A DNA stretch of 64,000 bases, taken from the sequence record NC_041878.1; one strand, written 5' to 3'. The position numbers and the translations under genes are program-made. Position 1 is the first letter of the stretch; every line of letters begins with the position of its first letter. Shown piece by piece: positions 36,579 to 46,216 of the stretch. The notes under the pieces are model-generated. The model made no database searches, was not told the DNA's origin, and saw only the letters and a list, made by a program, of their open reading frames with translations.

Positions 36579-36902
36579 ATGGAAATCATAGCAGTACTAT
36601 CAATTATAGTTTTTATTATCATGTTCGTCGGGTACTGGACATATGCTGATTACTATACTAATTTAAAAATAGATATACGCCGAATGTATTGGGTGACTCA
36701 TGTAATTATGTACGGCATTGCTGCTGAATGTATATTACTTTCAATGGGTGAACCTGAACCACTTAAAGCTGCGATAAAAGCGTGTTCCGCAGTTATAGGT
36801 TATGGTACTATTATAATTGTTGCGTCCAGTTTTGGTGCTGCACTTATTTTGTTTTTTGGTGAATCTCGTAAGTACTTTGGTCGCAAAAGAAATAAACTTT
36901 AG
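36579..36902 (+). CDS. Membrane protein, ADYY family
   Basis: Three TM segments; WTYADYY; ends YFGRKRNKL. Confidence 0.7.
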   Translation: MEIIAVLSIIVFIIMFVGYWTYADYYTNLKIDIRRMYWVTHVIMYGIAAECILLSMGEPEPLKAAIKACSAVIGYGTIIIVASSFGAALILFFGESRKYFGRKRNKL

Positions 36903-36910
36903 GTGGTGTA

Positions 36911-37263
36911 ATGTTTCATGATTTTATGTACATCAATGGTGTATTGTGGGCTGTAGTTGGTATTATCATGATAATCGGAAATTTAACTTATGCCGATTAT
37001 TATACAAAGTTGAATGAAAAATTCGTATCAAACTTTTGGGGTACTTATGCTATTTGTATGGGTGCAGCAATAGTTAACTTCGTTTTACTTTTGTTATAAC
37101 GTTGGCGGTTGGTAAAACTGATGGACCAGAACCATTGAATTATGGATTAGGTTGGCTTGCAGTACTGTCCATTATAGTGTATAGTATCGGTGTTATTTGG
37201 GCTATCTGTATCGGATTTTGTAATTTAAAACAATATTTCGGTCGTAAACGTAATAAAATTTAA
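36911..37263 (+). pseudogene. Frameshifted ADYY-family membrane protein
   Basis: Frame 1 stops at 37099; the -1 frame continues GPEPL...KQYFGRKRNKI to 37263, mirroring the upstream paralog. Confidence 0.7.
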
Positions 37264-37276
37264 GGTATCAATTAAA

Positions 37277-38047
37277 ATGATTAAACTTTGTATTGAAGAT
37301 ATTACACTGAATCAGTTAGAACCTAAACTGCTTCCTTTTGTTCAATGGAAATCTCTGAAAGTTTCCGATCTCGAAGGTGTCAGTGACGAAATCATTTCGA
37401 AGTACATCTTCCAAATGGCACGTCCAGTTATCAAATCTATGATCAAAAATAAGAATATAGATTTTAGTCATCTTACTGACGATCAATGGGTTGACCTGGT
37501 ACATGAAGCATACAACGATGACTATTCATTGTTTGACTACTTCCAGCTTCCGTACAGTGCATTGATGAAATTACTGGAATCGGATCGTAATGTTAATCGC
37601 TATGCTAGTGCAATGGCAAAAACACAAAAGAATATGCCAGTACAAGAAGCATTACGTCATGCTAGTAATAGTTTCTTAAACCATATTCTTCTGACGAATA
37701 GCAATCCTGCTCTTATGGATTATATGTTCTCTGAAGAAGGTATTGCACAACTGAAAGAGAAACGCCATTCACAGTATCTTCAGTATTTGACTTCAGAAGA
37801 AGCAAAAAAGATCGGTGCACGTAATATTAAGAACCGTCGCATTAGTCCTGAGCTTCTTCGTCGTGCTGGTGCTTGCCATAATGGTGTTTCGTACTGTTCT
37901 AAAATGCTTAAAGAACTGAATCTGGAACAGATTACATGGGATGAAGCAATTCATACAATCCGTAATAATCCTAAACTTCAGAAACGTTCTTCACTTCTGG
38001 ACTATATGGAATGGATCTATCAACGTAGCTCACACCTTCCAGAATAA
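37277..38047 (+). CDS. Helical-repeat protein, same C-terminal family as 27822 and 29433
   Basis: ISPELLRRAGACHNG...ITWDEA...YMEWIY. Confidence 0.75.
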   Translation: MIKLCIEDITLNQLEPKLLPFVQWKSLKVSDLEGVSDEIISKYIFQMARPVIKSMIKNKNIDFSHLTDDQWVDLVHEAYNDDYSLFDYFQLPYSALMKLLESDRNVNRYASAMAKTQKNMPVQEALRHASNSFLNHILLTNSNPALMDYMFSEEGIAQLKEKRHSQYLQYLTSEEAKKIGARNIKNRRISPELLRRAGACHNGVSYCSKMLKELNLEQITWDEAIHTIRNNPKLQKRSSLLDYMEWIYQRSSHLPE

Positions 38048-38093
38048 ATTATAAATTAAAACTCCCTACGGGGAGTTTTTTATTGAGGCTCTT

Positions 38094-38444
38094 ATGGTTC
38101 TACCTAACGTATTATATAATATTGCAGTACTTCTATTTGTACTTAATCTTTCAACATTAGTAGTACTCTTTGTTGGTTGGTTAACTCACGCTAATTACTA
38201 CTATAAACTTTACGAAACTGTTGATGACGTTGCAATTTTTGTACATAGTTTATTCACTGCAATCTTTGGCTTTATTGGAATTATTGGTTATCTAGTTGAT
38301 GATAGCAAACCTCGTCTATTTGATGCAATCATTTCATTAAATGGGTTGTATGTAGCTGCTATACTATTGGTTATAGTACTAGGCTATCTTCAAGGTTATA
38401 TAATGAAGGTGCATAATTACTTCGGTAATAAAAGGGGAAGGTAA
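38094..38444 (+). CDS. Membrane protein, ADYY family
   Basis: WLTHANYY; ends YFGNKRGR. Confidence 0.7.
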   Translation: MVLPNVLYNIAVLLFVLNLSTLVVLFVGWLTHANYYYKLYETVDDVAIFVHSLFTAIFGFIGIIGYLVDDSKPRLFDAIISLNGLYVAAILLVIVLGYLQGYIMKVHNYFGNKRGR

Positions 38445-38782
38445 TGGAAGCGTTACTAAGTATATCTGAATATGTTGTGTATCCATCATTAATATACATG
38501 GCACTGTATGTGTTCATCTTTGTTATGTGGTTGTTCGCAACGGACTTTTACGATGTTGTAGAAGATGTAATCGGTGATGGTAAAGCATTCTTCACTACGA
38601 TGTTTGTAATAAGTATACTGAACTATATTATTGGTAAGTTCATATGGTCATGGGCTAACCCAATAAACTACTTGTTTAACGGCATTCTCTGCATTATCCT
38701 ATTGCTCATTATCGGTATTCTGTTTCTAACATTTTGTGAATCATTCAACCAGTACTGCCGAGAAAAACGAGGAAAAGATTAA
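38444..38782 (+). CDS. Membrane protein, ADYY family (divergent)
   Basis: WLFATDFY; ends YCREKRGKD. Confidence 0.7.
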   Translation: MEALLSISEYVVYPSLIYMALYVFIFVMWLFATDFYDVVEDVIGDGKAFFTTMFVISILNYIIGKFIWSWANPINYLFNGILCIILLLIIGILFLTFCESFNQYCREKRGKD

Positions 38783-39132
38783 TGTTATATATTTTTATTA
38801 ACGGTTACACAATAGTATTTTTAACATTTATTATTGTTACAGTACTGGATTGGGTTTTGGGTATTGATAAACTTAACCCATATTTGAATGAAAAGCTTGA
38901 AGGTGTAAGTAAGAAAAACGCAGAAGTATTCTTTCCTACAATTGCTTTAACTTTATTGGGTATATTTTCTGCACTCATGTATTTGTGTACTGGATTTATA
39001 TTCTTCCACGTTATATACTTCTTTGTAGTCTTTTGTGGCTTAGTGATTTTGGGAATAATAATTGCAGTTTGGGCGATCTTTAAAGTACTGTCCAGTATTC
39101 GGAACTTTATTATTTCCAAGAAAAAACAGTAA
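38782..39132 (+). CDS. Three-TM membrane protein
   Basis: Same topology and basic tail as neighbours. Confidence 0.65.
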   Translation: MLYIFINGYTIVFLTFIIVTVLDWVLGIDKLNPYLNEKLEGVSKKNAEVFFPTIALTLLGIFSALMYLCTGFIFFHVIYFFVVFCGLVILGIIIAVWAIFKVLSSIRNFIISKKKQ

Positions 39133-39198
39133 TTTGGCTTGACTTAGGCTTTCGAACTCCGTATAATAGCTCCATCAAATGATGACGAGGATTTAGAA

Positions 39199-39495
39199 AT
39201 GAACAAAGAAGATATGATTGTTGAAGCTGCAAAACGTACTCTTGTTGAACTTAAAAAACAAGTTAAGTCTACACCTCCGATGGTTGTACCATTTGCTGTA
39301 GTCGGTCTGATTGTAGGCCATTGGTGGGCTACTGTAGTTGTGATCATTCTTATGCTTGTATGGGAAGGTTATGAGCACTACAACGATGTAGTTGCAGAAG
39401 AAGTTGCAGGTATCAAATCTGCTTCTAAAGAAGCAGCAGACTCTGCCAACAATGTACAGTCTGAAGAAGTCAGTACTGAAAACAAAGAACAATAA
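39199..39495 (+). CDS. Membrane protein with acidic tail
   Basis: GAGGA RBS, own promoter, central hydrophobic stretch. Confidence 0.7.
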   Translation: MNKEDMIVEAAKRTLVELKKQVKSTPPMVVPFAVVGLIVGHWWATVVVIILMLVWEGYEHYNDVVAEEVAGIKSASKEAADSANNVQSEEVSTENKEQ

Positions 39496-39546
39496 TAATT
39501 ATACCCGCCAGCATTGTTGGCGGTTTTTTAATTGCGAGGAAAACAA

Positions 39547-40170
39547 ATGAAACGTACTAAAAATATTAATAAAGACCGTTTCCGTAAAGTTCATACATTC
39601 TGGAAATATAGTGCATTATTCCTGGCTATCTCAGGTAGTACTTTATTTCTGACAGGTTGCGACGATACTGAAAACGTATCAGTTTATCAAACGATTCAGG
39701 ACTGTGAACGTTCTGCTGCGAATGATAAAGCTAAAGAACAATGTGCTTTGGATTACCAAAATGCATTAGCACAAAATAAAAGTACTGCACCTAAGTACAG
39801 TTCACAACGTGATTGTGAAGATGAATTCGGTGCGAATCAGTGTACTACCACGAATAGTACTCATAGTTCTATGATGTGGTTCCCATTAATGAGCGGTTAT
39901 AGTTCTTCTCATGCGAACTATCCGAGCCAGCCATTATATTCAAGTACACGTTATAGTTCACCAATGCACGGAAAATTTGTAGATGCAAAAGGTAATTCAT
40001 TTGGTTCCTTTAAACCATCTGGTACTTCTTCTGTATCTCGATCAGCACTGTCAAGCAAACCAGCGGTAACAACTACAACAACTCGTGGTGGATTTGGTAG
40101 TACTGTTTCAACTCATGCTGCACGTGCATCATCATCACATTCTTCCGGTGGTCACAGTTTCGGTGGATAA
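39547..40170 (+). CDS. ygiB: DUF1190 / YgiB-like lipoprotein
   Basis: MKRTKNI..FRK, LTGC lipobox, VSVYQ...DC...APKY...DC..EFG..QC, PLMxGY, TTTRGGFG match E. coli YgiB. Confidence 0.9.
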   Translation: MKRTKNINKDRFRKVHTFWKYSALFLAISGSTLFLTGCDDTENVSVYQTIQDCERSAANDKAKEQCALDYQNALAQNKSTAPKYSSQRDCEDEFGANQCTTTNSTHSSMMWFPLMSGYSSSHANYPSQPLYSSTRYSSPMHGKFVDAKGNSFGSFKPSGTSSVSRSALSSKPAVTTTTTRGGFGSTVSTHAARASSSHSSGGHSFGG

Positions 40171-40195
40171 AAGAAAAGCCCCAAAAGGGGCTTTT

Positions 40196-40849
40196 TTAAT
40201 TTGTGAGATTTAATGGTGGTGTCGGAACTGTAATAGTACTGCCACCATTATATAATGCTTTATTTGTAATCCGTATTTGATCATAGTACGCAAGTGAATT
40301 TGTTTCATATCCACCAATGCGTAACGGAGTATTATTATCTCCCCAAATATCAGATGTTAAAGTAATTTTAAGTATACCATTGATGTACAAATAAACATTA
40401 CCTGAATGTTGAAGGATACAGAAATGTGTCCATGTGTTTAATGGTATGTTAGCACTTGACGAAACTGAACCACCTTTTGCTCTACCTTGTAGGTATAGAC
40501 TTCCACTGTATATTTTCAAACCACTAGTGGTTCCTGTTCCTGAACTCATGTACCAGTTGTTTGATGTATTGTTTGTGCAATACGCATACCATTCAAGTGT
40601 GAAATCCTGACCAGTACCAATAGTTGTATCAGCACGATCCACAGCACTGATTGTATAGTACCCGTAACGAAAATCATAGCTGTTCCCAATAATAGCGGGT
40701 GTTGTTGGTACAGGAACAGAGCCAACAGTATTAATAACCCTTGTTGGTTTAGCAATATCAATTTTGCCGTTGTTTGCATGTAATAGGAATTTTGTAGCGT
40801 ATTCAACTATTACATTTGCATATTTTATGATTCTTGCGAATGGTAACAT
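40196..40849 (-). CDS. MLPF-family protein, LamG/concanavalin-like
   Basis: MLPFARIIKYAN; DFTLEW...WTHFC...LYING...LRIGG...DQIRIT. Confidence 0.8.
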   Translation of the reverse strand: MLPFARIIKYANVIVEYATKFLLHANNGKIDIAKPTRVINTVGSVPVPTTPAIIGNSYDFRYGYYTISAVDRADTTIGTGQDFTLEWYAYCTNNTSNNWYMSSGTGTTSGLKIYSGSLYLQGRAKGGSVSSSANIPLNTWTHFCILQHSGNVYLYINGILKITLTSDIWGDNNTPLRIGGYETNSLAYYDQIRITNKALYNGGSTITVPTPPLNLTN

Positions 40850-40858
40850 AATAGTTCC

Positions 40859-41530
40859 TTATTTTATCTCTGTTATTTTTAATTTAGCAAGTGAACCACC
40901 AAAATAATATGGTTGCCCACCAACTTCAGCACTAACATATGATCCACCAATAGATAGCTTATATCCAATTCCGTATGGATATAGAGGAAATGTTTGTGTA
41001 TTATTGTAATAAGAACTTTTCACCGTAATACCAGAATTCTTTATATATGTGAATGTCATAGTTTCCCACGACATATGGTTAGTTCCATTCATTAAAACTC
41101 TATTATATGTTTCCCCGCTATCTAAAAAGTACTGGAAATATGTTGATGGAAATTGGTTTAATGCACATGTGATTCCTGGAATTCTTTGTGAGCTATAATT
41201 ACCAGTTTCCCATAAACCTTCCATCACTGAAGTTCTGTTAGTTTTAAACTGTATTACTACCTCAAAACTTCTATTAGTAAGATCTAGTTTTGAACCACTT
41301 ATAATTGGTGGTGTTACATAATATCCTGCACCACTAAATTTAAAAACGTTTTGTCCTAATTGTGGATCGTATTGGACAGAGCCAGCAGTTCCAATTGTAC
41401 TAAATTGTGCTCCTGCATTATCTCTGATAAAATTGTCACCAATTGTTTGTGTACTGAAATCAATATCTAACAGTACTGTATTTGGAGGTAAAATATTTGC
41501 ATATTCTACCAATCTTGGAAATGGTAACAT
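40859..41530 (-). CDS. MLPF-family protein, lectin-like
   Basis: MLPFPRLVEYAN; paralog of 44030..44701. Confidence 0.75.
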   Translation of the reverse strand: MLPFPRLVEYANILPPNTVLLDIDFSTQTIGDNFIRDNAGAQFSTIGTAGSVQYDPQLGQNVFKFSGAGYYVTPPIISGSKLDLTNRSFEVVIQFKTNRTSVMEGLWETGNYSSQRIPGITCALNQFPSTYFQYFLDSGETYNRVLMNGTNHMSWETMTFTYIKNSGITVKSSYYNNTQTFPLYPYGIGYKLSIGGSYVSAEVGGQPYYFGGSLAKLKITEIK

Positions 41531-41538
41531 AATATCCT

Positions 41539-42396
41539 CTATTGAAATCTATATTGTGAATTTATTGGTGAAGTTGAATATCCATACATACTATATACTT
41601 TAACGCCATCTAATGATGTATATAATGCTCCGCGAGATATACCAACTGAAGTGTTAAAACCGACTTGCGACCAAGTATTAGTACTAATACTATATTTGTA
41701 CAATCTTTCAGCATTAACACAGTAGATGGCATCATTATATTCATTATAAGTCATTCTACCTTGCATTGATGCCATAGAACTCCATGTTCCAGTAGAAATT
41801 AAAAATTTCTGACCACTAGAACCTTGACAGTACAAATAATTTCCATCAGTTGTCATATCACCAGCCAACGAATTAGTAATACTAGAACTTGTTAGTGTAG
41901 TCCATGCATTAGATGCAATGTCATATGAAAATAATTGTGAACCGCCGTCACTACCCCATAGATATAGCTTTCCATTATTTGTACTTACAAACCTACAATG
42001 GTGTCTAGCTGATGGCTTATTAGTACTCGTTGTATTTTCAGACCAAGTATTAGATGATATATCGTATATAAAAAATCTGTTTTGCATGGAACCAGTATAT
42101 CCACCAAACATATATATTTTTCCATTATATCCAGCTAAACCTGAACCATGCATTGCTAATGTTCCATTAGCTAATGGTTCCCATGTTTCAGTACGAGTGT
42201 CAAATCTCCAAAATTCATTATTATAATCACTGCCAACTACTGCACCACCATACATATAACCATAGTTATCTAAACTAGTATATCCAAAAGAAAATCGTGC
42301 ACTAGGGGAAATAGTAGGTGAAATTTGGATTCTTGTTCCGGTATTATTTTCTTTTCTGATATTTCCATATTCTATCAATCTTGGGAATGGTAACAT
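41539..42396 (-). CDS. MLPF-family protein, Kelch beta-propeller
   Basis: MLPFPRLIEYGN; YMYGG...WRFD...TWE and IYMFGG...YDI...TWS Kelch repeats. Confidence 0.8.
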   Translation of the reverse strand: MLPFPRLIEYGNIRKENNTGTRIQISPTISPSARFSFGYTSLDNYGYMYGGAVVGSDYNNEFWRFDTRTETWEPLANGTLAMHGSGLAGYNGKIYMFGGYTGSMQNRFFIYDISSNTWSENTTSTNKPSARHHCRFVSTNNGKLYLWGSDGGSQLFSYDIASNAWTTLTSSSITNSLAGDMTTDGNYLYCQGSSGQKFLISTGTWSSMASMQGRMTYNEYNDAIYCVNAERLYKYSISTNTWSQVGFNTSVGISRGALYTSLDGVKVYSMYGYSTSPINSQYRFQ

Positions 42397-43100
42397 TATA
42401 CTTCTCCGCTTAATTCATGTGTATATATTTTTGCAATTGTCGCATTATCTAATAGATAATCATACATCCTGTGTCCAGCAATTCCCCCAGCTAACGGTGT
42501 AGCGGTTGGGTTACTTGGATAGTACCCTAAACCAACACTACGTGCTGTTGTTGTACCAGTACCGTAACCAGTAAATGTAGGACTTACTGACTGAGTTTTT
42601 ATCAATACTCCATCAGCATAAAAACGTAAAGTATTAGTACTCCTATCATAAGAATATACAGCATGTACCCATGTATTAACAGGCATTGAGTACTGACCAA
42701 AATAAGAATTAGTAGTACTCGCAGTATTCACACAATAAAAATTCCGTACTAACGATGGAGAACCACCAGTATTGTAACTGAACCCAATATTACCAGATGC
42801 ATTTATGTATGCCTTTGCAGCAGTACTAGTAGTGTATACCCAATTCATTGCAGTCCATGATGAATTTGCATAAACTATTTCATCATAGTATAATCTCTGT
42901 GCTCCATTACATACAAGAGCTTGTTTACCACCAACTGTACCTATTGTACCAGATGTATAAGTGAAGTTCGCTTGTGTAAATTTAGGATTTGTGGTATCAC
43001 CATGATTAGCAATATCAGCACGTAAGGGTAAGTACACCAATGGTGCTGGAAGAATATTTGCAGCATTTCCATATTCTAACATTCTTGAAAAAGGTAACAT
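42396..43100 (-). CDS. MLPF-family protein, LamG-like
   Basis: MLPFSRMLEYGN; WVHAVYSYD...RFYADG...RMYDYLL. Confidence 0.8.
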   Translation of the reverse strand: MLPFSRMLEYGNAANILPAPLVYLPLRADIANHGDTTNPKFTQANFTYTSGTIGTVGGKQALVCNGAQRLYYDEIVYANSSWTAMNWVYTTSTAAKAYINASGNIGFSYNTGGSPSLVRNFYCVNTASTTNSYFGQYSMPVNTWVHAVYSYDRSTNTLRFYADGVLIKTQSVSPTFTGYGTGTTTARSVGLGYYPSNPTATPLAGGIAGHRMYDYLLDNATIAKIYTHELSGEV

Positions 43101-43109
43101 AATATCTCC

Positions 43110-43952
43110 CTATTTGATTTTGTAAAATTTAGTTCCGTTTACTGTCCAACCTGTATCATATGAACATGCTATAGCAACTTCATTTCCACCAGCAGGAGCA
43201 GTATTGTTAATTTTTGTCCATACATTAGTGTTTATACTGTACTGCCATAAACCCGCCGTTGGCCCAACTGCATAAATGTAATTACCCATTCTACTTATTT
43301 TATTACGTGTTCCAATTCCTGCACATGATGCAAGGGTTTGCCATGTATTACTTTCTATATGATAACGTGCAAATGAAGTACTGTACATCATATACAAATA
43401 ACCAGAACTATAAATTAAACCTACCTCATCACCATTACTGCTACCAAAAGGTAAAGTTGCTAAACCTGTGGTACTCCATGTATTTTGTAACACACTATAT
43501 CTCCACATAGCTGAACCTTTAACTGCATAAACATAATCACTATTATCATAGTTCATCGCAATACTTAAATCATACGTGCTTTGTGGTAGTACTGCCATCT
43601 GACTCCAAGTATTCAAGATTGTATCATATCTGTCAAATCTGTTCGTACTACTATATCCACCAGCACAATAGATATATCTGCTATCAGCACATATTCCAAT
43701 GTTTCTAACATTTATTGGTCTTGTTGTAAGTAAGGTGACTGCACCTGAAACTGGATTCAGTTTATATATTTGGCTTGTCTGGTTAATGAAATATATATTG
43801 TCTCTGTATGTACAAGATCTTGACCCATATGTTCCAAAGGTTGAAACGGTGGTATATTCTTGTACTGTTCCTGATAATTTATTTGGGTTTGAATCATCAT
43901 AATTAAACACTACTGTATTTCCGTACTCATTGATTATAGAAAAAGGTAACAT
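43110..43952 (-). CDS. MLPF-family protein, Kelch beta-propeller
   Basis: MLPFSIINEYGN; IYCAGG...RYD...NTWS repeats; TAAATA at 43982-87 (minus). Confidence 0.8.
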   Translation of the reverse strand: MLPFSIINEYGNTVVFNYDDSNPNKLSGTVQEYTTVSTFGTYGSRSCTYRDNIYFINQTSQIYKLNPVSGAVTLLTTRPINVRNIGICADSRYIYCAGGYSSTNRFDRYDTILNTWSQMAVLPQSTYDLSIAMNYDNSDYVYAVKGSAMWRYSVLQNTWSTTGLATLPFGSSNGDEVGLIYSSGYLYMMYSTSFARYHIESNTWQTLASCAGIGTRNKISRMGNYIYAVGPTAGLWQYSINTNVWTKINNTAPAGGNEVAIACSYDTGWTVNGTKFYKIK

Positions 43953-44029
43953 TTCAATCCCTCAAATTTATTAATATTATGTATTTACTTACAAAAACAG
44001 AAAAAGCCCAACCTAAGTTGAGCTTATAA

Positions 44030-44701
44030 TTAACTTATAATCTTTAATTTTAAATACTTCATGTACCCATAAAAATTAGTTGCCGTAGGAGTTTTGAAAT
44101 AACCACCTACACCAAAAGACTGTCCATTAGAACATTCAAATGCAGTATACGTGGACTGATTGGCAATAACACCATTTACATATCTGGTAATAGTTACATT
44201 TGAATCAACTTTTCTGTACACAACTCTTTGCCAATCACTTACTAACTGACCATCAACAAAATGTCGAACAAATGTACTAGCGTTCTGTAGAAAGTACTGA
44301 TCATTTCCTGCGTACTGTAATATCTGATGAGCAAATCCAGGTATGTTATTCGTTACATCTGGATAATATCCTGTACCATAAAGTAATTGAATTGCGTTAA
44401 CCGCAGAGTTTCTTTTGTACATAACATCGAACTCATAATTCTTCCCGTTCAATGAGATAGATGCATCTAGCGGGGTACTGAAAACTGCACCATTGAAATA
44501 CATAACATTTGCATTCAACATATTATCCAGTACGATTTTACCCTCCAAAGAATTTAACTTAGTGAAAAGTCTATTCTTATAACTATAATCAATTATATTA
44601 GTATCACCCAATGCTTGTCGAGAAAAATCTAAATTTATTTCATACTCATTGGAAACTACTTTTTTATTACCGTACTGTAATAATCTTGGAAATGGTAACA
44701 T
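44030..44701 (-). CDS. MLPF-family protein, lectin-like
   Basis: MLPFPRLLQYGN; FYGYMKYLKL C-terminus. Confidence 0.75.
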   Translation of the reverse strand: MLPFPRLLQYGNKKVVSNEYEINLDFSRQALGDTNIIDYSYKNRLFTKLNSLEGKIVLDNMLNANVMYFNGAVFSTPLDASISLNGKNYEFDVMYKRNSAVNAIQLLYGTGYYPDVTNNIPGFAHQILQYAGNDQYFLQNASTFVRHFVDGQLVSDWQRVVYRKVDSNVTITRYVNGVIANQSTYTAFECSNGQSFGVGGYFKTPTATNFYGYMKYLKLKIIS

Positions 44702-45464
44702 ATAAATTCCCCTCTATATCTTTTAATATCCTGTATTTACCATTGTTATAACTATATAAATATCTACTATCCGCACATAACATAGAATTGTTTAATTCAG
44801 ATGTTCCTAATGATGCAGTACTCCATGTGTCACTTAACATATCATATATGTACAGATTACTATTACCTATACCATATAACTTGTAATTGTTATACGCCGT
44901 GCCAGTACTATAACTCAACTTCAACGGAGGAAATGTAAGTTCTTCCCAGGTCCACGTACTTATATCTATCCGATACATACCATTGTATAAATCAGCAGCC
45001 CATATGTAAAAGTAATTAGTCTCACCAATATTAACAAAATATATCATCGCTTGTGATAATTTTCCTGGAGAATTCGTAGTAACAATAACATCCCATGTGT
45101 CAGATTCAATACTATATCTATACAACTTATCACTTACCTGTGTGCCATTACTATCCTTTACACCACCGTACAAGTATATGTGAGAATTATAATACGTACT
45201 CGTTGTACCATATAAAACTTCAGGCATAGATGATAATTGATGCATGGTATTATCTATAGTACTGTACCTGTACAAATTATTAGTTACCTGTGTACCATTC
45301 CATCCACCACATATGTATATGTCTGACTGTACTGAACATACCATATGACCATATAATTGTGTGCCACCTAGTGTAATTCCTTGCGGTTCTACAACTTCCA
45401 TATCTCCATCAATAATACCAGGTGCTGAATTTCCATAAGCACTTACTATACTAAACGGTAACAT
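44667..45464 (-). CDS. MLPF-family protein, Kelch beta-propeller
   Basis: MLPFSIVSAYGN; IYICGG and IYLYGG Kelch repeats; 35-nt overlap with the next gene. Confidence 0.75.
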   Translation of the reverse strand: MLPFSIVSAYGNSAPGIIDGDMEVVEPQGITLGGTQLYGHMVCSVQSDIYICGGWNGTQVTNNLYRYSTIDNTMHQLSSMPEVLYGTTSTYYNSHIYLYGGVKDSNGTQVSDKLYRYSIESDTWDVIVTTNSPGKLSQAMIYFVNIGETNYFYIWAADLYNGMYRIDISTWTWEELTFPPLKLSYSTGTAYNNYKLYGIGNSNLYIYDMLSDTWSTASLGTSELNNSMLCADSRYLYSYNNGKYRILKDIEGNLYVTISKIITVR

Positions 45465-45474
45465 TTTAAATCTC

Positions 45475-45563
45475 CTATTGATTATTTGTTAATGTATTAG
45501 GGAATGAACGATCATCTCCATAAATTATTCTTACAGCACCACCAATTGCGGAAAAGGTAACAT
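45475..45563 (-). pseudogene. Collapsed MLPF-family gene (N-terminus joined out of frame to a GAVRIIYG C-terminus)
   Basis: AAGGAG RBS, MLPFPQLVVL*; shifted frame reads AIGGAVRIIYGDDRSFPNTLTNNQ*; TAAATA at 45627-32 (minus). Confidence 0.65.
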
Positions 45564-46216
45564 ACTTTTATCTCCTTCTTATTTTTTTATACGTCTCTAT
45601 TATACTATGATAGAAACTAATATAGGTATTTACCCACTTTATCATTCCTAGACACTCCTTAGAACACATGCTATAATCCCCCTAGAAGCTCGTAGAACGC
45701 TCTACAACGCACGTGTTTGATTCCTGTAGTATCGCTATTGCGATATCGAAAGGATTCAAACTAGCTAAAATAGCGTTCACGATATTCTATGTATTAATAT
45801 ACAGTACTGTAATAATACACAATATGGATAAGTTATCAGTACTATATGTTTGTACAGGAAAAGATAGGTTCTATCTTATAGTACTATAGAAGTACAGTTC
45901 AGTACTGTTGACCCCTTCCGCTATATCCGTTCCTGAAGTCGAATGCGAATAGCACAAAAAGTACAGCAACCTTTTTTCAAAAATGATAACATGAGGTTGG
46001 GAAAAATCTGGAGTGATCGTGAAATCAAATACGAATCAAGGAAATTTTGGAGTACCCTTCAGACTTTTTCTGAGATCTCGAAAGTACACCAAAGTAAAGA
46101 CGCATCGTAGAAATTACGTTCAATACTATAATACAAATACAAAGTACTGAAAATTTATACAGTACTGTTATTATGCACAGTGCAATATAAATTTTAAAAT
46201 CAGATGAAAAAAGTAC

